Of a stretch of DNA of 63,647 nucleotides, positions 52,069-63,647 are shown piece after piece. The notes under the pieces are model-generated. The model saw nothing but the letters and a program-made list of their open reading frames with translations. It was not told the DNA's origin and ran no database searches. A program made the translations under genes and the position numbers. Within the stretch, counting starts at the first letter, position 1. The number at the start of each line of letters is the position of its first letter. The DNA is from Octopus bimaculoides (lineage: Eukaryota): positions 22,262,051 to 22,325,697 of the forward strand of contig NC_069001.1 in NCBI RefSeq assembly GCF_001194135.2, written 5' to 3'.

Positions 52069-52126
<58 letters not shown>

Positions 52127-52460
52127 NNNNNNNNNNNNNNNNNNNNNNNNNNNNNNNNNNNNNNNNNNNNNNNNNNNNNNNNNNNNNNNNNNNNNNNNNN
52201 NNNNNNNNNNNNNNNNNNNNNNNNNNNNNNNNNNNNNNNNNNNNNNNNNNNNNNNNNNNNNNNNNNNNNNNNNNNNNNNNNNNNNNNNNNNNNNNNNNNN
52301 NNNNNNNNNNNNNNNNNNNNNNNNNNNNNNNNNNNNNNNNNNNNNNNNNNNNNNNNNNNNNNNNNNNNNNNNNNNNNNNNNNNNNNNNNNNNNNNNNNNN
52401 NNNNNNNNNNNNNNNNNNNNNNNNNNNNNNNNNNNNNNNNNNNNNNNNNNNNNNNNNNNN

Positions 52461-52530
<70 letters not shown>

Positions 52531-53034
52531 TGTATACATATTTATGTGCGTATGTATCTACTTCCTCTCTTCACTAATGTAACAGACTAATAAACATATC
52601 AATTCATTCTTGTAGCATTGTTGCGGTTAGGGAACCTGAAATATTCTTACCAAAATCCCACCATCACCTTCACTCTTGGGTTTTCTATCTCCGTATCGTT
52701 TTGTTAGTTTCTACTTAGTTGCCCTCTTATTTTATCTTCTGTTTTCCTCATATTTGCATTTGCAAGATGGGTGTCATTTTGCTGATATTATCAAACCACT
52801 CTATTTTATTTTATCTTACTAGTTCTATGAGTCTTTCTCTCCTTCCATACAAAGCATAGTTCTAAGAGTGACTTGTTGGCCTGGTATGTCTTTCATGTAA
52901 TGCTAACACATTGATAAATAGATCTTCTGCCTAATGTGGCAAGATTAGTAAAGAATTTACCCAATACTCTTCTCTAACTTGCACAGAAATCAACACATTT
53001 TGAAATAAGGATACAGATAATTTTAGTAACCCTC

Positions 53035-53210
53035 ACGTAAAAGGCACCTAGTACACTCTGTGGAGTGGTTGGCATTAGGAGGGCCATCCAAGCAAAGAAA
53101 GCAAGCCAAAACATGACTGGACCCTGGTGCAGCTCTCCAGTTTACCAACCCCAGTCAAATCATCTTACCCATGCTAGCATGGAAAATGGATGCTAAATGA
53201 TGATGACGAT
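53035..53210 (+). mobile_element. RTE 3'-tail copy
   Basis: gagtggttggcattaggagggccatcc...cccatgctagcatggaaaatggatgctaaatgatgatgac. Confidence 0.75.
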
Positions 53211-53845
53211 ACTGGATAAATGAAACATTAGAATCTGAACTCAGAATTTGGGAGACATAACTAAATGCTGCATAGTATTTTGTCTTCTGCTCTTCCAATT
53301 CTACTTGTTAATAACTTATGGTTTCCATATTTTGGTACCTGACATTCTGTTGAATTAAGTCTCGTTTTGTATAGACTTAAGAAAGTGATTTGTCATTTCT
53401 AATATAAAATGTGTATATAAACAGACATAGTCATGCTGTGAAAGTGTTTTTGGCTAAAATCCAAATTATTGACAGTATATGGTCAGGAATCACAATTTTG
53501 AGGTCACATGTGTTCTGAATTATAACTGTTCTGTTAGCTATAGAATGAGGTGGTGATTGAACATTTATTGACTAAGAAACATTGACCAATTTCCCTTCTA
53601 AGGAAGTAATCTGTCTTCTTCTCAAATCTGAATGTCTGAAGTTGAAATATGAGTGTTTTCTTTTTTTTTAATTTTTTTATCAGAATTTCAGTAAACATAT
53701 AAAAATGGGGGAAGTGTAGGTTCAAGACAGCATCTGGCACAAAAAGAAATACTCTAAATGCAATAAAATAATGTTGATGATTTGACATGTGGGATTTTTT
53801 GGTGAGAAACTATTCATTTGGTATTTTTAGCTTTAACACATCAAT

Positions 53846-54027
53846 GGACACAGGTGGTTGTGTGGTAAGAAGTTTGCTTCCCAACCATATGGTTCTGGGT
53901 TCAGTCCTACTGCATGGCACTGTGGGAAAGTGTCTTCTATTATAGCCTCAGGCCGACTAAATACTTGTGAGTGGATTTGGTAGATTGAAATTGAAAAAAG
54001 CCTCCTGTCGTGTGTGTGTGTGTGAAT

Positions 54028-54060
<33 letters not shown>

Positions 54061-55368
54061 TGTGTGTGTGTGTGTGTAAGGGGGGTGTCTTTGTCCTCTA
54101 CCGACAATTGGCATCTGGTATTGGTGTATTTACATACCTGTAACTTAGCAGTTCAGCAAAATATTCACTAAAATAAGTACTGGGGTTGATTCATTTGAGT
54201 TAAAGATTCTCAGAGACAGTGCCCAAGCATGGCCACAATCTAATGATTGAAACAAGTAAAAGATAAAAGAAAATACAGGGCAAGTATGATTATTAGGTTA
54301 AGAAGTTTGCTTTGAAGCCATTTTGATCTGGGTTTCATTCAATGGTGTGGCACATGAACGAGTAAATTTTACCACAGCCTTTAGTCAACCAACATCACTC
54401 GATTGGAATTTGGTAGACAGACAAATTGCAACTACATGGTTCTGAGTTCAGTCCTGTTGCATGACACCTTGGGAAAAGGTCTTCTACTACAGCCTCAGGT
54501 TGATCAAAGCCCTGTGAGTGGATTTGGTAGATGGAAACTGAAAGAAGACTCTCATAATTGTATGTATGTGTGTGTGTGTGTGTGCGTGTGTGTGCGTGCC
54601 CCACCACTGCTTGACAACCAGTGTTGGTGTGTTTGCATTCCAGTAACTTGGTGGTTCGGCAAAAGAGTTTGATAAAATAAGTACCAGGCTTTACAAAGAA
54701 AGTAATAAGTACTGGGATCGATAAGTCCAACTAAAATTCTTCAAGGAGGTGCCCCAGTATGGCCACAGCTTAATAATTGAAACAAGTAAAAAGTATAAAA
54801 AAGAAACCTATATGCTTGAATGTGTTTCTTCTTAAACAAGTCATTAGTAAAGTTATTTTATTCCAATCAGCTCGTGTCCATTCATCAATAAAGAAACATC
54901 TCATTCATCATTAATTAATTATATTCTTTTATTCCTTTACTCTTTTACTTGTCTTAGAAATTTGACTTTGGCCATGCTGGAGCACTGTCTTGAAAGGTTT
55001 TAGTTGACCAAATTGATGCTAGGAGTTAATTTTTTAAAGCTTAGTACTTATTCTATTGGTCTCTTTCATCAAACTGATAAGTTAAGGGACTTATGTCCCT
55101 TAACTTAGCAGTTTGATGTCTAGTGGTTGTCTACTGGTTGTCTAGTGGTGATGGCAAAACAAACACAGACACACACAAATATATATATATATATATACAC
55201 ACACAATAGGCTTCTTTCAGTTTCTCTCTACCAAATCCACTCACAAAGCTTTTGGTTGGCCTGAGGCTATAAAAGAAGACACTTGCCCAAGGTGTCACAC
55301 AGTCAGACTGAACTCAGAACCAAGGGGTTTGGAAGCAAGCCTCTTACCAAACAGCCATGCCTGCACCT
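53846..55368. mobile_element. Three adjacent SINE family A copies (53846-54272 +, 54425-54800 +, 54930-55368 -)
   Basis: Each shows the family-A head, internal microsatellite and tail. Confidence 0.85.
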
Positions 55369-55489
55369 ATATTATATAGTTAACAGTTTTTCTTCTTTCA
55401 GTTGTTTGTCCTTAATGCCATTTTGTTTTTAGAAAACAACAAAATTAGTTTTATTTACATAAAGATTAAATCACAGTTTAATTACACAA

Positions 55490-55750
55490 ACAATGAAAAA
55501 GAAAAATAGGAGGAGATAAAGCAGCATAAGATGGAGGTGAGGAATACGCCCAAGAACAGGTGGCATGTTTAGCCATTCCCTGCAGACACAGCTGCAATGA
55601 CATTGCAGCAGAGAATGACCAGCAATGCTTGTTGCTGCAGCCACCCCACCGCACAGGACTCATTTCTCAGATGAAGTGCAGTTGTCCTGATTTTGTGGAG
55701 AAAATCAGCAGTGTGGAGTCCAAGAACACCCTTACTTTAATTGCACTTTA
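55490..55750 (-). mobile_element. Possible CRE-like non-LTR retrotransposon C-terminal remnant
   Basis: The minus frame GVLGLHTADFLHKIRTTALHLRNESCAVGWLQQQALLVILCCNVIAAVSAGNG* resembles the C-terminal G.WG..A..FL..I......E.RA..FL.QR....IQRGNA tail of RLE-bearing elements. An AATAAA lies downstream. Confidence 0.4.
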
Positions 55751-56414
55751 TTGTATAGACTTTAAAAGCATGAAAATCAAAGTTGCTCTCAGCAGGACTT
55801 GAACTCAAAACAAAGTTGGAAGAAACATATGCATCTAAGTTGAAATGAAACATAAATATAAATATTTATGGCGAGTATGTATATTTGTATGAAGCTGTGT
55901 ACATGTATGTATTCAACAGAGAAGAGGGATAAATTATCCTTCTCATAAAGATATTATTTTTACATATAAAAGCATGTATATAGCCTCATTTCAGGGAATG
56001 AAACCAGTAAAGCTATATCATAATATCCAATGTGAACACTTTATAGATATGAAACTTGAGCTATCTTTAGATAAAGCATCTGCACTTCAGGCTCAGTATA
56101 TTATTGTAATATCTGATGTCAATTTTGTCTGTAAATAATTCAGATTCTAACAATTGGTAGATAGTATTACTTGCACCACTGCTACTCTATTTAGTCAATT
56201 ACTAAGAATAAAATGAGTTTTTTTTCTTAAAATTGATTTTGCTATTAAAAAAATTAGATTATAAAATTAATAACAATTTTAGAGATTGCATAAAAAAATA
56301 TGTTCTTTCAACCAAATAAAATACAATTCAGAATGGAGTTATTTAATATTTATTTCTGGTTAAAGGTTCTATCTACCATAGACACGAGTTTAAAAATATC
56401 TTTGTGGACACACA

Positions 56415-56553
<139 letters not shown>

Positions 56554-56959
56554 CCGTATATAGCAGAATCATTAGCCTATTGAAGAAAATGCTTTGCCGT
56601 ATCTATTGTAGCTTTTAGCATTCCTATTTCAAATTCCAACCAGGGTTATTTGGGTAGAAGATTGAATCCCTTGCTCAATTCAAAACCAACCATTGTCCAC
56701 AGGGGCCTGTAGCAGATTCTGCTGTGTTGCAAGCTTTTGAGACATATTTCCACTCAGAGGATATCTTCCTCTCAATTGTTGAAGGCCCTGTAAACAATAA
56801 CGGATACTACCCTTTCTTCTGGACTAAGCAATAAGAATCTTGATATAGCTAGATTTATCAGACAAGGCTTAATTTTAATAACCGTCAACAAGAAATTTAA
56901 TTAATAACCTGTAATTAATAACCTGTACCTTACAAACATCACAATGGTCCAAAGCCTTC

Positions 56960-58100
56960 CCATTATTGTATTTTACTGAACAACAGTAGGTAAGGATGCA
57001 ACTCACAGAACTGCAAACTTAACTACCTGTTATATATCGATGAGCTCAAAATGCTTGCCAAATACAACAGCAGGCAGAAAAGTCCATCATCAAGATTTTC
57101 AGCTACAATATCAGAATAGTGTCCAGGATCATTGTGTGCCAAAGCCAACTGTAAGAGAGGAAAAAAAAACACCAAGACTGCTGCCTTAAAGGAGACAAAA
57201 ACCTAGCAGTCAACGGTGATGGCATGCAACATTCAGCAATAAAAGAGAAGACTGAGAGAGAGAGAAAAAGTTGCAGGAGAATGTGTCTGAAACTAAAAAT
57301 GTGTACTGTATGCAACTAACAGATTTAAAGCTATTAAAAGCTGAGCAATTCATATGGTGACATACAGTAACTGGAAATTAAATGACATGAAGGAGCTGAA
57401 TACCTAGCTAAGATAGAAGCTGCCTATAGAGAAGATTGACCAATGGAAAGTGAATGCTGACAGGATGAATCTACCAAGTGTTTTAGAAAGATGAGGCCTA
57501 TTTCAAATTCAACTGACCTACAAATTTTCCCCAAGTAGTTCTGATGCATACCTGATAAAAACAGAAGATCCACTTCTCCAAACTGTAAAACATTAGATAC
57601 ATTCGATTACGAAAGGAGCTGGTATCATATCCCAGAAATCTCACCAATAGAAAAGGGCACAATAACCATTTATGCCAAACAAGTGAAGTAGAATGCAAAA
57701 CACCAAGGCCAGTTTGATTTGCACAATGAAACCCGGTGAGATTGTAGTCATTGCCAATGTCTGTGCTACATAACTAGCACCAATGCCAGTGGCACGTAAA
57801 AGACACCCTTTGAACATTGGGCCTCATGGAGGCAATGATAAGTGACCAAGACCTTTGGCAATCCATTGTGTTTGAGAAAACTTGTCAAGTCAAGTGAAAT
57901 CATAGTTGTGGTCGATGCCAGTGTCACATAACTGGCGTCCGTGCCTGTGGCATATCAAAAGCACTCATTATATTCTTGGAATGGTTGGCATCCAGCTGTA
58001 GAAACCATACCAAATCAGATTGGAACTGGGTGTAGCAATCCCGTTTACCAGTTTCAGTCAAACTGTCCAACCCATGCCAGCATGAAAAGCAGACACTAAC

Positions 58101-58146
<46 letters not shown>

Positions 58147-58650
58147 GATGTTGGGGTGGAAAGTAATGTACAGGAATTACTCAAAATAGATTTGTAATGC
58201 AGACATGAGAATGGTATGCCTACAAAAGAAAATATACGGGAGTTATAAAAGCAAGATATCTGGGAAGTTGTGTGAACAGACAAGCAGAATAACTGACCAA
58301 AGTGATGTCACCATCCCCTTGGATCTGCTCATCCATACTGATTGAGACTTAGAAGACAATAAGTCTGACATCATTATCATAGACAAGAAGGACAAGAGGT
58401 GTATACTTATCAAAAGGAGTATGTCTATGAAAATCATAGAGAAGCTGATGATGTACAAAGCCCTGAGATTGAAATGAACAGGATAAGGAATATAAAGAAC
58501 AAAATAATACCAATGGTCATTTGTGCACAAAGACCCATAGAGAAGACAATTCAAAAACTCACCAACTGTATCACAGACAGTATCAACATTTATGCAGTTC
58601 AGAAATTTGCACTACTTAGAACAGCTTCCATACTATGAAGAGTGCTGTTA
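56960..58650 (+). mobile_element. Degenerate R4/Dong-like LINE (RT plus restriction-like endonuclease) with an RTE insertion
   Basis: LNYLLYIDELKMLAK (YxDD region), IKIFSYNI..., VNADRMNLP, AYLIKTEDPLL, and C-terminal LDLLIHTD.DLEDNKSDIIIIDKKDKRCILI ... LEIEMNRI...IIPMVICA...AVQKFALLRTASIL*RVL. Confidence 0.78.
57725..58146 (+). mobile_element. 5'-truncated RTE LINE 3' end nested in the R4/Dong remnant
   Basis: LGLMEAMISDQDLWQSIVFEKTCQVK* followed by the 3' UTR ...cccatgccagcatgaaaagcagacactaac(tga)n. Confidence 0.8.
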
Positions 58651-58739
58651 AGTGATATTTTCCTGATGTTAAATGAGGCCCATCATTTGGCCCCAACCCA
58701 TCAGGATATAATACAGGATCTACAACAAAAATAATAGTT

Positions 58740-58895
58740 TCAAATTATAGCACAAGACCAGCAGCTTTGGGTTTGGGTTTGGGTTAGGGTGGGGCTAAGT
58801 CGATGAAATCAGCCCCAGTGTTCAATTGGTACTTATTATATTACCCCCATCCAAAGGACGAAAGGCAAAGTTGATCCTGGCAGAATTTGGTCAGT
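58740..58895 (-). mobile_element. SINE family B fragment
   Basis: cagccccagtgttcaattggtacttatt...ggacgaaaggcaaagttgatcctggcagaattt. Confidence 0.7.
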
Positions 58896-59874
58896 TATTC
58901 TGCCTTGTCTGTTCATGCAACTTCTCAGTCATCTAATAATCCTGCCAGATTGCCTCCTTAACAACTACAATAATAATTGTTTCTCACATGGGCTGGTCTG
59001 AATCAGTTGAGTGATAAACCGAATGTATTTTGGTATTAGGTTACTCAGTTTTATCTTCTTAGGTTGAATCTCATCAAGTTTTTCTTTTGCTTTTACACTT
59101 CCCAGGTCAATAAAATGATAATAGAATCCTAGTGTGATATAAGCAACACCAACCTCTCATCCTAAAATCTGTAGGTTCCATGCCTAAGCTAGGAATTGTA
59201 ATTATTATGTTTCCATTATTGCTCTTGAGAGATTAATAATCTGGTTAAATCTTAGAACAAAATACGAAGGAAAAATCAATGGTAGACATGTATTTAGCGA
59301 AGAATGAAAATAGGAAGCGTAGCAGACTGAAGCTAAACAATACAGATATATAATGATTTCTTCTATTTAGATTTACAGGAAATGGGTAACAGGAATTTTG
59401 AATGTTATGCCTTTCTCAGGGGTATTAGCAATATAATTGAATCATCTAAAACTGGGCCGTAGTCATGTTTGCCAACCATGTAATACAGCACCAAAGAGCA
59501 CCTGGCGAAATGAGATATAATAAAATAACATTCTGAAAATTGAAAATTACATATTTGCTTAAAGTTAAATAAAATTTCTAATCTTATCCAACCACTAACT
59601 ACATCACTATTACGCTCACATCTGAAAAGAAATTAAGTTTTCAATAAATCAATATCAATAATAAATAAAAATGCGGAAATAAATTAGGACTGGAAGCCTT
59701 CAAGGTAGATGAAATAGAAATAACAATTTTAAGAATACAAAGTTTGGTCATAATACGGTAAATTTCTCTGAGAAGAACTTTTGCAGTAGATTGTCCATAT
59801 AAAATAGTTGTCATTAAATGTGTCAATGAATTCATTTCTCTCAGTAAATATGGGTGTACTTTAAAGCATGTAAG

Positions 59875-59939
<65 letters not shown>

Positions 59940-60143
59940 TTGCATGTATGTATGCATATGTGTATTTGTGTTTTATGTTGCATGTATTATATGTATATAT
60001 GTATTCCTGTGTGTATATTTGTAAATGTGTGCATATATGTGTGTTGTGATAAGTTTATAATAGACGATTGAGACAACTAAATTTCTTTTCCTCTGCTAAA
60101 GGGCTTCAGATTAATATAAACCAATTATGTAGTTATGTGCATG

Positions 60144-60191
<48 letters not shown>

Positions 60192-61324
60192 TGTATGCAT
60201 CTATGTAGGAACACATACTTATGCACCCCACCACATATATAAATAATCTTATAAATATAGACTTTAAACCATGTTTTAATAATTATGTTTCTAGTCAGGC
60301 ATAATATATGCCTCTAACCACCGGTGTGAATCTGAGGAAAAGGATGCACACAGTAAGATGATTAAGTATTTTTAATTAATTTGTTCAGACATATTCATTA
60401 GCTCAATTTCCTACCACATCTAAACACTCACACTTCCATTTATCCCTACTGGGTATTTATGCAACATTTCTCACATTTATTTATATTTCAAACTGTATAT
60501 TCTACTTTTTCTCCATTGAACACTTTCTTTTTATACTTCTTTTACTTTTCAAAAATCAATCTCTTTTGATTGGTTCATTTGTGTGTTTCTTTATTAATTT
60601 TTGTTTTTGTTTTTTTTTAGCATCTGTCTTTCTTTTCTGCTGAATACTCACCATCCCACACCAAATATAAAAAGGAAACGTCCAAAAATACTAAAACAAG
60701 AGGAATTTGTAAGAAAGAAATAAGATAAAACCCAGTAAATTAGTAAAATGTAGGGAAATTTGAAATCTTATTTTTTTTTTGTATAAGTTAATTTCAGTGT
60801 TTCATTTTTAGTTTTGATATTTTATTAAATTTTAATGTTATTCAATTTCTGTGTTGCTTCTGGTCATTATATAAAGATATCAACAAGATAAGTTTACCTT
60901 AATTATTCCTGACTAACATACATTCAGCTAAAATATAGATGATGCTATCAAAGTAGAGTAATGGCTGGTTCTCTTGACTCTGTAACAAATTCCCTCACTC
61001 GATTCTTGTAGTGGCTAAACGTCCCCCATTATTATACCCTATCATATCAAAAAGCAGAACAGTACGTTGCATAATTTAGTCTTTGGTATTACTCATAATA
61101 TGCAATAATTACGACTAACATTACTCAGGATTACTTGACCAGATTTGTGAGATGCTAAAGAACAACAAAAATGGAATTATGTCTTTGAAATCTTTCACAT
61201 TATTACATATGCACATTGGTGTCAGATTATAAGTGTGTACATCTATATGTACATATATGCATATGTTTGCATCTATACATATGTATCTAGATATATACAC
61301 ATATATTTATATGAATATATGTGT

Positions 61325-61480
61325 CATCATTTTCATTTAGTGTCTGTTTTCCATAGTGGCATGGGTAATATGGTTTAACTGGAACTGGTAAGCTGGAGAG
61401 CAACATGCGGTTCCAGTCTGATTTGGCTTGGTTTCTATGGCTGGATGTCCTTCCTAATCCCAATCACTCCATAGAGTGTA
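61325..61480 (-). mobile_element. RTE 3'-tail copy
   Basis: catcattttcatttagtgtctgttttccatagtggcatggg...ggctggatgtccttcctaatcccaatcactcc. Confidence 0.75.
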
Positions 61481-61759
61481 CTGTGTGTCTTTTACATGTC
61501 GCTGGCATGGGTGCCGTTTATGTGTCACCGGCATGGATTCCTCTTGTGTGTCACCAGCACAAGTGCCTCGTATGCGTCTCCAGCATGGGTTCATTTCATG
61601 TGTCACTGGCACAGGATGTACGTTTTGTAGATGTGTTTATTCCTCATGTGCATTTCGCTCAGTATGAGGACCTATATTTAGTATGTGTTTGTGCATATAT
61701 GTACACATAAATATATGTCTATGTGGATATTTGTGTAAGTATTTACATATTGAAGCTTA

Positions 61760-61807
<48 letters not shown>

Positions 61808-61855
61808 GGCTGTTAGTTAGCAAGGTGAGACACACATAAGAAAGAAGGAAACAAA

Positions 61856-61900
61856 GGACCACTGATGAGGTCACAGAAGTGTGACGAAAGAACTCTGGCC
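61856..61900 (+). ncRNA. Type-I hammerhead ribozyme motif (best preserved in the window)
   Basis: GGACCA-CTGATGA-G-GTCACA-GAAG-TGTGAC-GAAA-GAACTC-TGGCC: both core boxes intact, perfect 6-bp stem II, stem I CCA/TGG, predicted cleavage after CUC at 61895. Confidence 0.75.
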
Positions 61901-62139
61901 GAAATAAGATTAAGATTAAGATTAAGATTAATGTAATATAAAGCTGAAAAAAAAAAAATTAACACCAAATATACAGTGCGTGTGTTTTTATTGGCTAAAC
62001 TGGCAATATGACCATCCCCAAGTACAACAATATATATATATATATATGCATATATATATATATACATACAGGGATTTACTTTTCGTAATGAGATAAAAAA
62101 CTAAGGCTGTGTACATTATAGAACATTTATAAATAGAAG

Positions 62140-62187
62140 GTCTTACAGTTGTTTCCAGGATATTTCTTATATCCTTTCATCGGAGAC
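62140..62187 (-). ncRNA. Hammerhead motif in the inverted terminal repeat
   Basis: The minus strand reads GTCT-CCGATGA-A-AGGATAT-AAGAA-ATATCCT-G-GAAA-CAACTG-TA-AGAC: stem I 4 bp, stem II 7 bp, GUA triplet, core U4 replaced by C. Confidence 0.65.
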
Positions 62188-63358
62188 GGTGTGAGAGGAT
62201 GGTAAGCAATAGTTAGATAGGAAATAGAGAGTGAATGTAGGGATATTGTATTTTCTAAATCTATTGTTTAGGCAAAATGGTATACATATAAGATTCCAAT
62301 ACCTTGTGAGTAAAATCCAATAGTCTTTAAGAAATTTTCTATAATCACAAGCACTTGCCACTAGCGGATTTTCCAAACAAATAGAATACATACATAACAC
62401 CAGGCTCAAGCAATACATATCTCAAATCACATTCGAAACATGCACGAACCATCACAATTGCAATCAACAACACACACACATTGATGGAACCCTAGAAGGT
62501 CTTGCACCTAGGCAACCTAGACCCCACACACATTCATTTAACACTAGGTCAAAAAAGAAACAAACCAAAACTGCTAACAATAGCAGGCCTTGCCACCCGC
62601 ATACCTTCCCCAAATATATAGATAGCATTCCTTTATCTAAAAACTTAGATAACACGACTCCTAGACCCCCCTAAAAAAAGTAGCGGATGCTCTATTCTGT
62701 GGCACCCTCCCCCCATTCTCACTTAACGTTAAAGACTTAGCTAAATCCTTCTTTAAAATACTAGACTCAAAATTTTTCGACAACATAAATATCATTCTAT
62801 CATTAATCGATCCACCCTGAAACTATCTTATTCTACTTCACCAAACTTCGAATCTATTGTAACAGCCTCTAATAAGCAAAAGCTATCTCTTTATTATCAA
62901 AACTCACATCACTACAACTCTAGTCATACAAACACTCAACACACACACAGCTCCATCACAGAAACCCTTATATCAGACCACAACCACAACCACAACCCAA
63001 CCCATCCTAGTGACACTGCCCAGAGCACCAATACAATCTCTACCACCCCTATAAATAGTGCAATTAATAGCAACAATATTAATAATAGCAACGTTAGTAA
63101 TGATAACGTTAATAATACTAATAATATAGAATCTTCTACCCTGTTGGATTTTACTCATAGGGCATTGGAATCTTAATAATGGATTTACAAATGCAATGAC
63201 CAATCTTAAAGACTATTGGATTTTACTCACAAGTTATTGGAATCTTATATGTGTACCATTCTGCCTAAGCAATGGATTTACAAATACAATATCCCTACAT
63301 TCACTCTCTATTTCCTATCTTATCTAAACTAACAATTGCTTAACCATCCTCTTACACC

Positions 63359-63406
63359 GTCTCCGATGAAGGGATATAATAAATATTCTGGAAGCAGCTG
63401 TAAGAC
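63359..63406 (+). ncRNA. Hammerhead motif in the 3' terminal repeat
   Basis: GTCT-CCGATGA-AGGGATAT-AATA-AATATTCT-G-GAAG-CAGCTG-TA-AGAC: CAGCTG palindrome retained, GAAA mutated to GAAG. Confidence 0.6.
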
Positions 63407-63647
63407 TTATTTATAAATGTTCTATAATGTACACAGCCTTGGTGTTTTTTTATCTCATTACGAAAAGTAAATCCTAATATTCACACGCTGATATATGACC
63501 TACGTTGGACCCCTTATTTGCATAATCACCAAACCTGAAGCTTAACTATAGTCTATCCATAGCACTTACTCAGCATTACCTGAAACATCTGGGTCTAATT
63601 GACACCACTATCGCTCATAACCTCCCTCTCTCTCTCTCTCTCTCTCT

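Larger units (their letters stand above)
49236..52069 (+). mobile_element. Non-autonomous Helitron-like element containing a mariner and a PLE fragment
   Basis: 5' A|TCTATATATA...(mariner)...TATATAAAACAAAGGATGTC. 3' hairpin atccgg-gcaaca-ccgggt followed by atttctgTTAG|T (a variant of CTAG). It sits between A and T. Confidence 0.7.
62072..63474 (+). mobile_element. 5'-truncated PLE derivative with about 265-bp inverted terminal repeats and no GIY-YIG
   Basis: 62072-62332 is the reverse complement of 63204-63474. The interior reads QALATSGFSKQIEYI, ILWHPPPFSLNVKDLAKSFFKILD and HKYHSIINRSTLKLSYSTSPNFESIVTASNKQKL, homologous to the 51 kb PLE, then a low-complexity frame to a stop. Confidence 0.85.

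Noticed and set aside
60620-60690. ctgaata...ggaaacgtcc hammerhead-like remnant (similar hints at 42700-42740 and 50445-50480)
   Set aside because: The core boxes and stem II are too degenerate to support by eye.

Overview
AT-rich eukaryotic genomic DNA that is intronic or intergenic. It is dense in microsatellites ((TA)n, (CA)n, (TACA)n, (GATA)n, (GAT)n) and has nine N-gaps. The SINE repertoire looks like octopus (coleoid cephalopod); this is inferred from recognising repeat families, not verified. I can support no intact host protein-coding gene, and most ORFs in the track are microsatellite, gap or antisense artefacts. The window is a transposon graveyard. It holds two Tc1 and two mariner transposase pseudogenes, several MITEs (mariner-, piggyBac- and pogo-like, and foldback), and a Helitron-like element carrying a nested mariner and a Penelope fragment. 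It also holds RTE, R4/Dong-like and possibly CRE-like LINE remnants, many tRNA-derived SINEs, and five Penelope-like element (PLE) remnants. The most interesting signal is a set of minimal type-I hammerhead ribozyme motifs from at least four sequence families. They include a well-preserved solo ribozyme unit at about 61.8-62.0 kb, a PLE at 62.07-63.47 kb that lacks its GIY-YIG endonuclease and has ribozyme-bearing inverted termini, and an inverted PLE terminus that stops at the predicted cleavage site (34.9 kb). A speculative three-exon secreted-peptide model is also reported at low confidence. All alignments and translations were done by eye, so element boundaries are approximate unless a TSD or TIR is quoted.
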